From: Polyangiaceae bacterium
Lineage (GTDB): Bacteria > Myxococcota_A > Polyangia > Polyangiales > Polyangiaceae
Direction: 5' to 3'
NCBI GenBank assembly: GCA_965222375.1
Contig: CBDCTZ010000014.1
Coordinates: 1-64,000, forward strand
DNA length: 64,000 nucleotides
The translations under genes and the position numbers were made by a program. Under the pieces are notes generated by a model. The model did no database searches. It was given only the letters and a program-made list of their open reading frames with translations, and had not been told where the DNA came from. This document shows, piece by piece, positions 49,784 to 59,728 of this stretch (within the stretch, counting starts at the first letter, position 1; every line of letters begins with the position of its first letter).

Positions 49784-51346
49784 ATGAAACGGTTGAGTGC
49801 CTCCATTGCTTTGACAGCTTTGAGTCTAGGTGGCTGCGGAGTGGATCTGGATCCTGCGCCGGCGCCGCCAACCTCCAAGCAGAAAGAAGCCATTGTCGGC
49901 GGCGTGGACGATACCGGAGGCGGGGCGCACCCGGCGGTGGTCATGATCACGAGCCCCGCCGGGGCATGCTCAGGCGCTCTTGTCGCGCCGAACCTCGTGC
50001 TGACGGCTCGTCACTGCGTGTCCCAGAACGTGACCCAGGGGATCGGCTGCGACATCTTCGGCCAATCCCAGAATGGCGACCACGTTGGCAACGACTACGT
50101 ACCGTCAACCTTGAAGATACGCACCGGGGTCAATCCTGGTTCGGCGGTGGCCGCCGGCAAGCAGTTGTTTCACCCGGCTGGCAAGAACCTTTGCAATAAC
50201 GACGTCGCTCTCATCCTGTTGGACAAGAACGTGGCGGGCATCACCCCGCTCGCGATTCGGCTAGATTGGGGGCCGCAGATTGGGGAACTCGCCACGGCGG
50301 TGGGCTACGGCGCGATCAACGACATTGGGCAGGGCTCGGGCAAGCGCCGCCGTCGCACCAACGTGCCGGTGATTAGCTCCGGCCAAGATTGGAATGAGCT
50401 CAACGGTGCAGGTGAGGTCTCGGTGGGCCAGTCGGTTTGCACCGGTGACTCCGGTGGTCCGCTGATTTCGCCCAAGGGCGCCGTCATGGGCGTAGCCTCC
50501 CGGGTTTCGCAGTGTGCCAACCCAAACGCGCACGCGAAGTACGCGCGCGTGGACTTTCAGAAATCGCTTATCCAGCAGGCTTTCGCCGCGGCGGGCGCCA
50601 CCCCGAAGTTGGAGCCCGGCCCCGCGCCGCCGCCCCTCGTCAAGAAGGAAACCGGCCAGTCGCCCTGCAAGACCGGCGCGGAGTGCCAGTCGAACCTGTG
50701 CAAGCAAGACAAGGGCTACTGCTCCAACTTCTGCGCGGCGCTGCCGTGCCCATCGGGCATGTGGTGCGCTGACGGAACGGTCAACATCAGTGGCCAGACC
50801 ATCACGGACAAGTTCTGCCAGCCCCTGGTGGGCACATCGGCCTGTGATTCGTGCCGCCTTACGAAGTGCATCAACGTCGCCACGACCTGCAACAACAACG
50901 CGGCCTGCAAAGCCTTGCTAACTTGCGCGGACGCCTGCACCGACGAACCATGCGTGGACGGCTGCAAGGCCGCCAATCCAGGCGGCGTAACCGACTACGA
51001 CAGCGTTGCCTTTTGTGCCTGCAATACCAGCTGCAAAACCGACTGCGGTAATCAGTGCTTTGGCGCCGCGGGTGCGGGCGGTGGCGCGGGGCAGGCTGGT
51101 AGCCCAGCGACCGGCGGTGCGGGGGGAAGCGCGGGCTCCGTCGGTGTGGGTGGCACCCCGGGCTTCGGCGGAACGCCCGGCAGCGGCGGAGGCCTACCCG
51201 GTGGCGCGGCGGGAACGCCGGTGACTTCGGATTCCGGGAGTTCCGGCGGCTGCAGCGTTTCGACGCAATCTCGGAGTCGCGGCTGGCCGGCCCTGCTGAT
51301 GCTGGCGCTCGCGGGCCTGCTGTCGTTGCGACGCCGACGAGGCTGA
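49784..51346 (+). CDS. trypsin-like S1 protease with Cys-rich domain and MYXO-CTERM
   Basis: IVGG, LTARHC, DVAL, GDSGGP; GGCSV...LLSLRRRRG. Confidence 0.92.
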   Translation: MKRLSASIALTALSLGGCGVDLDPAPAPPTSKQKEAIVGGVDDTGGGAHPAVVMITSPAGACSGALVAPNLVLTARHCVSQNVTQGIGCDIFGQSQNGDHVGNDYVPSTLKIRTGVNPGSAVAAGKQLFHPAGKNLCNNDVALILLDKNVAGITPLAIRLDWGPQIGELATAVGYGAINDIGQGSGKRRRRTNVPVISSGQDWNELNGAGEVSVGQSVCTGDSGGPLISPKGAVMGVASRVSQCANPNAHAKYARVDFQKSLIQQAFAAAGATPKLEPGPAPPPLVKKETGQSPCKTGAECQSNLCKQDKGYCSNFCAALPCPSGMWCADGTVNISGQTITDKFCQPLVGTSACDSCRLTKCINVATTCNNNAACKALLTCADACTDEPCVDGCKAANPGGVTDYDSVAFCACNTSCKTDCGNQCFGAAGAGGGAGQAGSPATGGAGGSAGSVGVGGTPGFGGTPGSGGGLPGGAAGTPVTSDSGSSGGCSVSTQSRSRGWPALLMLALAGLLSLRRRRG

Positions 51347-51390
51347 CACAACCCCCAAGGTGATGCGAGCGTGATGCCTCTTAGCGGGCG

Positions 51391-52596
51391 TCACGCACTC
51401 AGGGAGCGCACCGCCCGCTTGGGAGAGAAGTAGAAGGCGACCGCATACAAGCGCGATAGGTTCGGCTTGGGCGCCTTACCCTTGGCCATCCTGGAAAACT
51501 GCGCCTGGTACCAAGCGCCCTGAAGCAGAGGGTCCAGAGTCTTGTTGCCCGTTGCGAGGCGGACTTGGCGAGCGGCTTCGCTCCGGCCGCTGAGCAAACG
51601 TGAGGGCAAGTCGGGCTCGGCGGCCAATGGGCGCGCCATGCCCACCATGTCCAGCGCACCGCTGGCGAGCGCGCCCTCCATGCCGGCCCGACTGCGAAAG
51701 CCGCCGGTGACAAGGAGCGGGACCTTGCTCAGTTCCCGGACTTTTTCCGCGTACTCCAAAAAGAAGGCTTCTCGATTGCGCGTGCTCTCGGCCCTGGGTT
51801 CATCAAACATCCTCGCGGATTCGTAAGTGCCACCGGAGATCTCGAGCAAGTCCAGGCCCTCAGCGTCGAGCGCGCGCACCACGGCCAGGCTCTCTTCTTC
51901 GTCGAAGCCCCCACGCTGAAAGTCCGCGCTATTTAGCTTGAGCGAAAGTATCGCCTTTTTGCCGATGGCCTTTCGCACGCGGCGCACGATCTCCAAGATG
52001 AAGCGACGACGTTTTTCCGGAGTGCCGCCCCAGTCGTCCGTGCGCAAGTTGGTCAACGGGGACAAGAACTGGCTGATCAAGTAGCCATGGGCGGCGTGGA
52101 TCTGCACACCGTCGAACCCGGCTTCGACCGCCAGCGTTGCCGAGCGCGCAAAGCGCTCGATGATCTCTTCGATTTCTGCCGGCTGAAGGGCGCGGGGCAC
52201 GGCAAACGCACCTTTGACCATGCGCACAGGGACCGCGGAAGGGGCCACGGGTTCTTGAGTCAGCGTTCGCGGGCTCTGCCGGCCAGGGTGATTCAGCTGC
52301 ACGATTGCAAGCGTGTCGTCCTTTCGAGCCGCCTCGGCCCAGCGTCGAAAATCCGCGAGACGCTCTGCGCCTTCTAGCCAGATGTTGCCCGACTCTCCGA
52401 GGGCCCCGGCGTCGACCATCACGTTGCCAGTGATGAGCAACGCGGCTCCGCCCTGGGACCAGCGCTTGTACAGGCGCTCGTGGCCGGCATTGGGCGTGCC
52501 GGTTTTGTCCGCGAGTCGCTCGCTCATTGCACTTTTTGCGATGCGGTTCTTGAGCACGTGTCCGGAGGGGAGGGTGAGGGGTTGTTCCAGGGTCAT
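51391..52596 (-). CDS. NADH:flavin oxidoreductase (Old Yellow Enzyme family)
   Basis: NRIAKSAMSE, QLNHPGRQ, GFDGVQIHAAHGYLISQFLSP. Confidence 0.95.
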   Translation of the reverse strand: MTLEQPLTLPSGHVLKNRIAKSAMSERLADKTGTPNAGHERLYKRWSQGGAALLITGNVMVDAGALGESGNIWLEGAERLADFRRWAEAARKDDTLAIVQLNHPGRQSPRTLTQEPVAPSAVPVRMVKGAFAVPRALQPAEIEEIIERFARSATLAVEAGFDGVQIHAAHGYLISQFLSPLTNLRTDDWGGTPEKRRRFILEIVRRVRKAIGKKAILSLKLNSADFQRGGFDEEESLAVVRALDAEGLDLLEISGGTYESARMFDEPRAESTRNREAFFLEYAEKVRELSKVPLLVTGGFRSRAGMEGALASGALDMVGMARPLAAEPDLPSRLLSGRSEAARQVRLATGNKTLDPLLQGAWYQAQFSRMAKGKAPKPNLSRLYAVAFYFSPKRAVRSLSA

Positions 52597-53192
52597 CTTG
52601 CTGCCTTCGCTTTCTTACCTGCAATGCGATCAGCTAGTTGTCTGGCCAGATCACAGGCCATGCGCTGATCCGAAATCTCGATGCGCGCCACATTGGCCCG
52701 CCCGGTGGCGGCCAGGGAGACGAGGCCGTGTAGCGCCGCGTACAGCAGCCGCGCGTCGACCTCCGGGGTAGCGGAGCCTCGCGCATCCAGCGCCAGCACT
52801 AGGTTCTTCCACAAGCCGAGCCCCGGCATGTCCACATTCAAGGCGCCGCTTTCGCGCAGTGCTTGCCAGTCGTACTGTCGCTCGAACATCAAGTTGTACA
52901 GTTCTCGGTGTTCGAGACCGAAGCGCACGAAGGCTTCGGCCAGGTCTGCGATGCTGCCGCCCTTGGCTAGACAAGACGCTGAAACTCGGCTCAGCTGCGC
53001 GAACCCGGCTTGGGAAACCTGGTGCAGGAAGCCGTCCAGAGAACCGAAGTGGTGGTAGAGCGCTCCGGTTGTCTTTCCGAGTAGCTGTCCGATCCCTCGA
53101 GTGGTCAGAGCGCTGCTGGTCAGCTTGCCTCGCTCCAGGGCGAGCAAGGTCTTTTCTACAGCCTCTTCGGCGCTTGGAGACAGATTGGGCAT
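52593..53192 (-). CDS. TetR family regulator (WHG-like C-terminus)
   Basis: TTRGIG..LG.TTGALYHHF HTH; YAALHGLVSL; stop overlaps the OYE start. Confidence 0.85.
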   Translation of the reverse strand: MPNLSPSAEEAVEKTLLALERGKLTSSALTTRGIGQLLGKTTGALYHHFGSLDGFLHQVSQAGFAQLSRVSASCLAKGGSIADLAEAFVRFGLEHRELYNLMFERQYDWQALRESGALNVDMPGLGLWKNLVLALDARGSATPEVDARLLYAALHGLVSLAATGRANVARIEISDQRMACDLARQLADRIAGKKAKAAR

Positions 53193-53200
53193 AACGCTGC

Positions 53201-53233
53201 GACCCAAAACATAACGATGTTATGTTTTGGGTC
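53201..53233. promoter_or_regulatory. perfect inverted repeat, probable TetR operator
   Basis: GACCCAAAACATAAC-GAT-GTTATGTTTTGGGTC, just upstream of the tetR ATG, overlapping minus-strand TTGACC/TATGTT. Confidence 0.8.
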
Positions 53234-53332
53234 AAGTCCAGCAATTGCGGGAAAACGCTCGCTTGTCCCGGGACCGTCATTGCTCCCGGGATGGTGCGCG
53301 CTAAATTCCGCCGGGCTCTTCTGGAGGCATTG

Positions 53333-54418
53333 ATGTCATTGAAAAAGTGCGCCGCTGTCTTGGCCGTCGGCGCCGGGCTTTCGGCTGCGGCGTGTGGTGG
53401 TTCCTCTGAGGACGATGCGAATCTGCCGGCAACTGGCGGCGTAGCGGGGGCCTTCGGCGGGGCAGCTGGCTCCGCCACCGGCGGCAATGCTGGCCTGGCT
53501 GGAACGGGCGGCGCGTCTGGAGCGGGTGCAGTGGCTGGCGCCGGTGGTCTACCGGGCACAGGTGGCACACCCGGTCAGGATCTCCGGTTCATTGCCGTGG
53601 GCGATTGCGGCAAAGGCAATGAGGGCCAAAAGAAAGTCGCCGCGGCGATGCGCGATAAGTGCAGCAAAGACGGTTGCGATTTCATCCAGATGTTGGGCGA
53701 CAACATCTACAACAACGGCGTCTCGTCCCTGGACGATCCCCAGTGGCTGACCAAGTTCGAGCAGCCCTACGCCAATGTGACCTATCCCTTTTGGGTGGTG
53801 TTGGGCAACCACGACTACGGGGGACAAGGCGCAGGGTTCGAAGTTGCACGTGCCGACGTCCAGGTCGCGTATTCGCAGAAATCCAACAAATGGAAGCTGC
53901 CCGCCAAACACTACAAGCACCCTGAGCCGGGTGTAGATTTCATTGGCCTAGATACCAATGAGTCGATGTTCAACGCTCACGCCCAGCAAAAGACCAACGC
54001 GAGCAAGTGGATCTCCGAGTCGACCGCGGAGTGGAAGATTGCCCTGGGGCACCACCCCTACCGATCCAACGGTCCCCACGGCAACGCGGGCTCCTATGAC
54101 AATTTGCCCTTCGTGCCCATCGTCAACGGCGAGGGCGTCAAGGACCTGATAGACACGACCATCTGCGGCAAAGTCGACGTGTACCTCTCGGGCCACGACC
54201 ACAGCCTGCAGTGGCTGACGGACACCTGTCAGGGCACCGAGCTGATCGTGTCCGGGAGCGGCGCATCCCCGACGGACCTGCCGGGCAAGAACGCCTCCCA
54301 CTACCAGGGTGCTCACCTCGGATTCGTGTATGTCGTCATCAGCGGCAAGACCTTCACGGCCGAGTTCGTCGACGAAACCGGTGCGGTGAAGTACTCGCGC
54401 ACGATTACGAAGAACTAG
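53333..54418 (+). CDS. metallophosphoesterase (purple/tartrate-resistant acid phosphatase-like) lipoprotein
   Basis: AAAC lipobox, GDCG, GDNIY, GNHD, GHHP, GHDH; GGAGG RBS. Confidence 0.92.
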   Translation: MSLKKCAAVLAVGAGLSAAACGGSSEDDANLPATGGVAGAFGGAAGSATGGNAGLAGTGGASGAGAVAGAGGLPGTGGTPGQDLRFIAVGDCGKGNEGQKKVAAAMRDKCSKDGCDFIQMLGDNIYNNGVSSLDDPQWLTKFEQPYANVTYPFWVVLGNHDYGGQGAGFEVARADVQVAYSQKSNKWKLPAKHYKHPEPGVDFIGLDTNESMFNAHAQQKTNASKWISESTAEWKIALGHHPYRSNGPHGNAGSYDNLPFVPIVNGEGVKDLIDTTICGKVDVYLSGHDHSLQWLTDTCQGTELIVSGSGASPTDLPGKNASHYQGAHLGFVYVVISGKTFTAEFVDETGAVKYSRTITKN

Positions 54419-54508
54419 CCGACTGTTGCCCCTTGTCGACACGCGAAGAGCTGTCGATGACGCACTGAGACGTCACATCCCCCCTCTTGACTGGTAGGGT
54501 TCGCTTCA

Positions 54509-57364
54509 TTGAAACGCCGGCTGCCCCTTCGCTTTCGTGTTCCCAATCCGCCGGCGGTATTCGTCGGGCGCGCGGAAGAAGGTGCGGCTCTGCAGCAGGC
54601 CCTGAGCCGGGGGCCGGTTGCGGTCCTGACTGGGCCGGGCGGGCTCGGGAAGACCGCGTTGGTTCTTCGGCACGTCCACAGCCAAGCCCCGGAGCAGCGG
54701 GAGCGCACCTTGTTCGTCGAAGTTGCCCCGGGCACAGCCGCTGTCTCGTTGCGTGTCACTCTACTCGAGGCGTTTCAGGCGGCCACCCAGTTGGAGTTGG
54801 ATTGGGAGGAGCTGAAGTCCGAACCCGAGGCCGCTCTGGCGGAGTTGATCGATCTCGCGGAAGACGGCCCATGGTGGGTCGTGTTGGACGACCTCCATCA
54901 CGCTGAAGCCAGCGAACAGCTTCTGGACGAGCTGGCCCGGTTCGCCCGCAGTAGTCGATGGCTTGCCACCAGCCGTAGCATCCATGCGCTTCCGGCCCTC
55001 GCTGGCCAGGTGATCGAGCTACGGGGCCTGTCCAGCGCAGAGCTCGATGACCTCTCCAACCAATGGGGCGCTGGGGTCGATGCCGCCAAACGGCGCCAGG
55101 CCATCGCTCGTTGCGCGGGTTCTCCCTGGTTGCTCCAACAGCTCCTATCTGGTGCGGCAGACGCGACCAGTCACGAGGGCTTCGTCGCTTCGCTCTCGGA
55201 CCGTGCCAAGTCCTTCGTGGAAGCGCTGAGCGTGCTCACTAGCTCCGTGGATCCGGCGGAGATCGCGGAGGTCGCGCCGACTCCCAGCGAAACCGAACTC
55301 AAAGAGCTCGAGCGTCGAGGCATTCTCGCCCGGGGCAACGACGGCGTGCGTGTTCACGATGTGGTTCGCTCCCTGTTCGCGAACAGCAATCCGTCTGCAG
55401 TCGCCATGTGGCGCCAGCGCATGGTGCGGGTGATAGAGAGCCGTGACTCGGTGGAGGCAGCGATCGAAGCGCTCAGGCTGCTGTCCGCCCTGGGGCAGGT
55501 CGACGAGTTGTGCCAGGCCCTGGATGCTCGGGGGCCCGAATTGGTGTCCTTGGGTTTGGCGCCGGCGGTTTGGTCCATCATTGCGGAGCTGGCGGATGAG
55601 CGCCTGGTTCGCTGGCAATTGCGGGTCGCTGCGGAACTCGGCAACCCGACGGCCCTAGCGAAAGTCAGCCAACCCAGCGCGGACAGTTTGGAGGACAAGC
55701 TGGTCTGGGCCCAAACCCTCCGCGCTCAGGGAGATCTCGTGGCCGCCTCGGAACTGTCCCGCGCGGTCTACGAAGAGGCGCTTGGGACCGGCAACTCGAG
55801 GGTCGCGGTGTTGGCGGGGCTGTTGCGGGCGCGCTGCCTGTCCCACGACGGCCATTGGGAGCGCGCCAGAGATGCCCTGGCCGCCATCGAACCGGAAAGC
55901 GACGAGCAGCGCGCTCGGCTCGACTTGGGACTTTGCACGGTGAGCGTGGCGCAGGGCAAGCCGCCCGCGTCGGAGGTCTTGGCGCCTCTGGAACAACGAG
56001 CTGCCGCAGGCTTTTCCCTCGAAGAAGCTAGCGAACTGGCCGACGTGTTGTTGCGGGTTGGGCAGCGGGATGCCGCTCAGCGCGTGCTGGGTCGTCTGGA
56101 GGCCTCCGCCCGCGGCTCCCATGCCGCGATTTGGGGCGCAAGGCTCGGTTTGATCAACAAGGCGCGGCTCGAGTTGGAGGCTGGGCATTTGGAACTGGCC
56201 AGCGCCATCGTGGAAGAGACGCGACCCTTCGCGCGTAGCCCGTCCATCCTCGGGCCCGAGCTGATGCTAATCGAGGGGGAGTTGGCGTTGGCGCGCGGGC
56301 GAACCAACCAGGTTCAAGCACTGAGTACGCTTTCACCGGAGCAGCGACGCTGCGCCAGCCTAGCCACGGCGTTAGAGCTCGCGGCCCTGGTGGTTCGCGC
56401 TGACATGTTGGCGGCACATTGGCGCGCGCCGGAACTGGACCCTCGCGCCGCAGCGGCGCCCGATGCCGAGGCGCTTCGCGAATTGTCAGCTTGGCAAGAT
56501 CTGGCGCGTGCTCGTAGCGGCGAGAGCTCCGCGACGGCTGCGGATGCGAGCAGCATGGGTAGGCGGGGGCACGTGTCGCAGCTTGCCCACGCGGTTCGAC
56601 TGGGCCTGTCCGGAAGTCACGTGGACTCGGTTTCCCGCGCCAAGAGCGTATTGCGGGAAGCCTTGCGCAGCGGGAGCTTTCTATTTGCGGCGGAGGCGCG
56701 CTGCATCGTCATCGACCTGCTCATGATCGCTGATCGCTTCTCCGAGGCCGCAGCCGAGGCCGAGGACCTGGCGTCGGCTGGGCAGACCATGGGCTCGCCC
56801 CGATACGCTCACGAGGGGCACTTCGCTCAGTTGGTGGCGTCGGAAGAAAGTACCGAACCCGCGGAGCTGGTGGCTCTTGCTCGTAGCCAAGCGGTTGCTC
56901 CGGTTTGCGCGCGTCGTGCTTGGTCCCTTCTCGCCGGCACTCCCCCCCTCGATGCGCTCGACGACGCCGTGCTGGGAGTGCTGGTTGCTAGTGGTCGCGC
57001 CCGACCCACCCGACAGCTCAGTGCCGGTCAATCGCCCAGTGCTTACGCTGACAGCTGGGGGCTCGACCCCCTATCCAAGCGCGTTTGGTTCGATGACGAG
57101 CACATCGTGGAGCTGGGCGATACGCCGCTGCTCTGGCGCGTCTTGGAAGTGCTTGCGGAGCGCCCGGAGGGTGCAAGCAAGGAGGAGCTTATCGTCCGCG
57201 CCTGGCGTGAGGCGAGCTACCACCCGTTGAAACACGACAGCCGGCTGCACGTTGCCATCAGAAAGCTGCGGGGTTTGTTGTCAGATTCGGCCAGCGAACC
57301 CAGCTTTCTCTTGACCACTGACGAGGGGTACAAGCTCGGCGGCCGCGTCGTGTCCACGGGCTGA
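54509..57364 (+). CDS. STAND-like ATPase regulator with C-terminal winged helix
   Basis: FVGR, GPGGLGKT Walker A, VVLDDLH Walker B, helical repeats, SKEELIVRAW...RLHVAIRKLR...GY OmpR-type wHTH. Confidence 0.85.
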   Translation: MKRRLPLRFRVPNPPAVFVGRAEEGAALQQALSRGPVAVLTGPGGLGKTALVLRHVHSQAPEQRERTLFVEVAPGTAAVSLRVTLLEAFQAATQLELDWEELKSEPEAALAELIDLAEDGPWWVVLDDLHHAEASEQLLDELARFARSSRWLATSRSIHALPALAGQVIELRGLSSAELDDLSNQWGAGVDAAKRRQAIARCAGSPWLLQQLLSGAADATSHEGFVASLSDRAKSFVEALSVLTSSVDPAEIAEVAPTPSETELKELERRGILARGNDGVRVHDVVRSLFANSNPSAVAMWRQRMVRVIESRDSVEAAIEALRLLSALGQVDELCQALDARGPELVSLGLAPAVWSIIAELADERLVRWQLRVAAELGNPTALAKVSQPSADSLEDKLVWAQTLRAQGDLVAASELSRAVYEEALGTGNSRVAVLAGLLRARCLSHDGHWERARDALAAIEPESDEQRARLDLGLCTVSVAQGKPPASEVLAPLEQRAAAGFSLEEASELADVLLRVGQRDAAQRVLGRLEASARGSHAAIWGARLGLINKARLELEAGHLELASAIVEETRPFARSPSILGPELMLIEGELALARGRTNQVQALSTLSPEQRRCASLATALELAALVVRADMLAAHWRAPELDPRAAAAPDAEALRELSAWQDLARARSGESSATAADASSMGRRGHVSQLAHAVRLGLSGSHVDSVSRAKSVLREALRSGSFLFAAEARCIVIDLLMIADRFSEAAAEAEDLASAGQTMGSPRYAHEGHFAQLVASEESTEPAELVALARSQAVAPVCARRAWSLLAGTPPLDALDDAVLGVLVASGRARPTRQLSAGQSPSAYADSWGLDPLSKRVWFDDEHIVELGDTPLLWRVLEVLAERPEGASKEELIVRAWREASYHPLKHDSRLHVAIRKLRGLLSDSASEPSFLLTTDEGYKLGGRVVSTG

Positions 57365-57366
57365 GC

Positions 57367-58899
57367 TCAGCGCCAGCGTTCGAAGGCCGGCTTTTCGGCG
57401 GAAGGTCGGGGCGCTGCCCGCGCGGGCTTGGCCCGCGGCGAAGGTTCGGGCGAAAGGGTGAGCTTGATTCGTTGATCTCTGTCGCGCCCGACTCGCTCAC
57501 GAGTGGATTTGAAACCGGGTTTGGACAGCTCTACGACCGCGGGGCTATCCGAGCGCGGTAGGGTGAGTTCCAGGGGCGTCTGGCCCTTTTCCACGCCGTC
57601 GATGTGCACGGTCGCGCCACCGGGCTTCGAGCCGATGTGCAAGGAGACGTCCTTCGCTGGGGCTTTCGCGACTGAGGCCGGCGGTGGTGCTGGCGCCGAT
57701 TCAGCTTGAACCGCTGGCGCAGCAGCGGCCTTGGGCGACTCGCCTCTACCCATCGAGGAGCCCAAATAGCCGATGCCTCCGGCCAGGGCAGCAGCGGTCG
57801 CGATCCAGTAGATGGTGCGCGAGCGCTTTGGTTCGGTGCGGACCAGGGGCACGCTGGCGCCTTCTACCGTGGGGATCTCGACGCCGCTGTCAGCTTCCGC
57901 GGCGGGCACATCGGTAATTCGAGCTCCTTCGCTGACGCGATGGAGCATCGCTTTCTTGGCCGCAATGCGGTCTTTGAACAGCTCGTCCATGTAGCGAGTG
58001 AGTGCCTGTTCTGGTGCTGCTGGGGCGTCCGGCGCGCCGCGCAATGCCGCGAGCAGACCTTCGCGCATGGCGGCCGCCGTGTCGAAGCGCTGCGCTGGGT
58101 CCCGGTTCAGGGCTCGCATGCACACGGCTTCGAGTTCCGGACTGATCGCCCTGTCCAAGGTTGCCGGCGGCGTGATCTCCAAGCTCCAGAGTGCCTTCAG
58201 GGTTGCGGGCTGGTTTGCTCGCTTGAATAGTCGCTTCGCCGTCAGGAGCTCGTAGAGCACGACGCCCAATGCGAAGATGTCGCTGCGCCGGTCGATACTG
58301 TCGCCGCGGCTCTGCTCCGGCGACATATAGGCAAACTTGCCCTTGACCACACCCGCCTCGGTTTGGACGATTCGGTTTTCCGCTTTTGCAATGCCGAAGT
58401 CGATGACTTTGACGCTTCCGTCGTAGCCCACGAGAATGTTTTGGGGAGAGATATCCCGGTGGATCAACGCGAGCACCTCGCCCCCGGGACCGCGAAGTTC
58501 GTGAGCGGCGTGAATCCCCGCGCAGGCTTCGGCAACGATGAAGGCGGCCAGGGCCGGAGGGAGGCGCTTCTTGCGCACCATGGAGCGGCGCTGAATCCCC
58601 GCGCAGCTCTCTCCGGCGACATACTCCATGACGAGATAGAGCTCTTCGCCCTCTTGGCCCAGTTCGTGTACGTGCACGACGTTGGGGTGGTGGATGCGCG
58701 CCACGATCCTCGCTTCGTCCAGAAACATCTCTTGGAACTCGGCGGACAGAGCCAAGTGCGGATGAATGCGTTTGATGACGACAGCGCGTTCGAACCCGCT
58801 CGGGCCCGTGAGGCGCCCCAACATGATCTCCGCCATGCCACCTGCCGCGAGGCGCGCCGTGACGTCGAATCGACCAATTCGCTCGGGAAGAACTGACAT
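57367..58899 (-). CDS. membrane Ser/Thr kinase with PEGA domain
   Basis: AAGGMAE, HRDISPQN, DFG, KGKFAYMSPEQ, TM, SKPGGATVHIDG..GQTPL. Confidence 0.95.
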   Translation of the reverse strand: MSVLPERIGRFDVTARLAAGGMAEIMLGRLTGPSGFERAVVIKRIHPHLALSAEFQEMFLDEARIVARIHHPNVVHVHELGQEGEELYLVMEYVAGESCAGIQRRSMVRKKRLPPALAAFIVAEACAGIHAAHELRGPGGEVLALIHRDISPQNILVGYDGSVKVIDFGIAKAENRIVQTEAGVVKGKFAYMSPEQSRGDSIDRRSDIFALGVVLYELLTAKRLFKRANQPATLKALWSLEITPPATLDRAISPELEAVCMRALNRDPAQRFDTAAAMREGLLAALRGAPDAPAAPEQALTRYMDELFKDRIAAKKAMLHRVSEGARITDVPAAEADSGVEIPTVEGASVPLVRTEPKRSRTIYWIATAAALAGGIGYLGSSMGRGESPKAAAAPAVQAESAPAPPPASVAKAPAKDVSLHIGSKPGGATVHIDGVEKGQTPLELTLPRSDSPAVVELSKPGFKSTRERVGRDRDQRIKLTLSPEPSPRAKPARAAPRPSAEKPAFERWR

Positions 58900-58941
58900 G
58901 GCTAGGGAGACAAAGCCGCCCTGGGATTATAGAGTGCGCAG

Positions 58942-59715
58942 GTGCCCTTGACGCGAGATCGCGAAATTTCGGTGTTTTTCCTGGTGTGTGTCGTTGGGTT
59001 GAGCGTTGCAACGCCCGCGGCCGCCGCGGAAAGGTCACCGTCCGAGGCGGAGCGCCAGCGCGCCGTCGAGCTGGTTCAGAAGAGTCGCAAACACTACAAA
59101 GCTGGCGAGTTCTCTGCGGCAGCAGAGTTGCTGCAGCAGGCCTACGCCACCTATCCGGAGCCCGTGCTGCAGTTCAATCTGGCAAAGGCCTTCGAGGGCA
59201 TGGGTAGATTCGAAAAGGCTGTTGCCGCCTACGAAATCTACCTCGCCACGGCGCTGGATGTGGAAGATCGCCCGGCGATTGAAGCGCGGGTCGCGACCTT
59301 GAAACGCGAAATCGAGCAGCGTGCGGCCTTGCGACGCCAGCGGGACGCCGAGCGCCAGCGTGCGGACAAGGCCAAAGGCAAAACGCGAGTCGTCGTCAAA
59401 GAGGTTCGCGAGCCAGCGTCGCCCTGGCCGTGGATCACGACTGGTGTGGGGCTCGCTGCTGCGGCTACGGGCGTGACGCTCTGGGCGGTTGGCAAGAACC
59501 AACACGATTCTGCCCAAGATGCGTCGGCGAAAGACGCCGCGGACAGAGTCGACACCGCGCAGTCCCTGGCAACCTGGGGCAACGTCTTGGTGGTTTCGGG
59601 TTCAGTCGTGACCGCTGCCGGGCTGACCTGGGTCTTGCTCAGCGACGGTGGCGGCGAACGCCAGGCAGGCATCACGTTGCACCCCGCGGGCGCCGTAGCT
59701 TGGGGAGCGTTCTAA
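58942..59715 (+). CDS. TPR secreted protein with hydrophobic C-terminus
   Basis: Signal peptide, AYATYPEPVLQFNLAKA, terminal WGAF. Confidence 0.8.
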   Translation: MPLTRDREISVFFLVCVVGLSVATPAAAAERSPSEAERQRAVELVQKSRKHYKAGEFSAAAELLQQAYATYPEPVLQFNLAKAFEGMGRFEKAVAAYEIYLATALDVEDRPAIEARVATLKREIEQRAALRRQRDAERQRADKAKGKTRVVVKEVREPASPWPWITTGVGLAAAATGVTLWAVGKNQHDSAQDASAKDAADRVDTAQSLATWGNVLVVSGSVVTAAGLTWVLLSDGGGERQAGITLHPAGAVAWGAF

Positions 59716-59728
59716 CTGCGCTCGCGCG

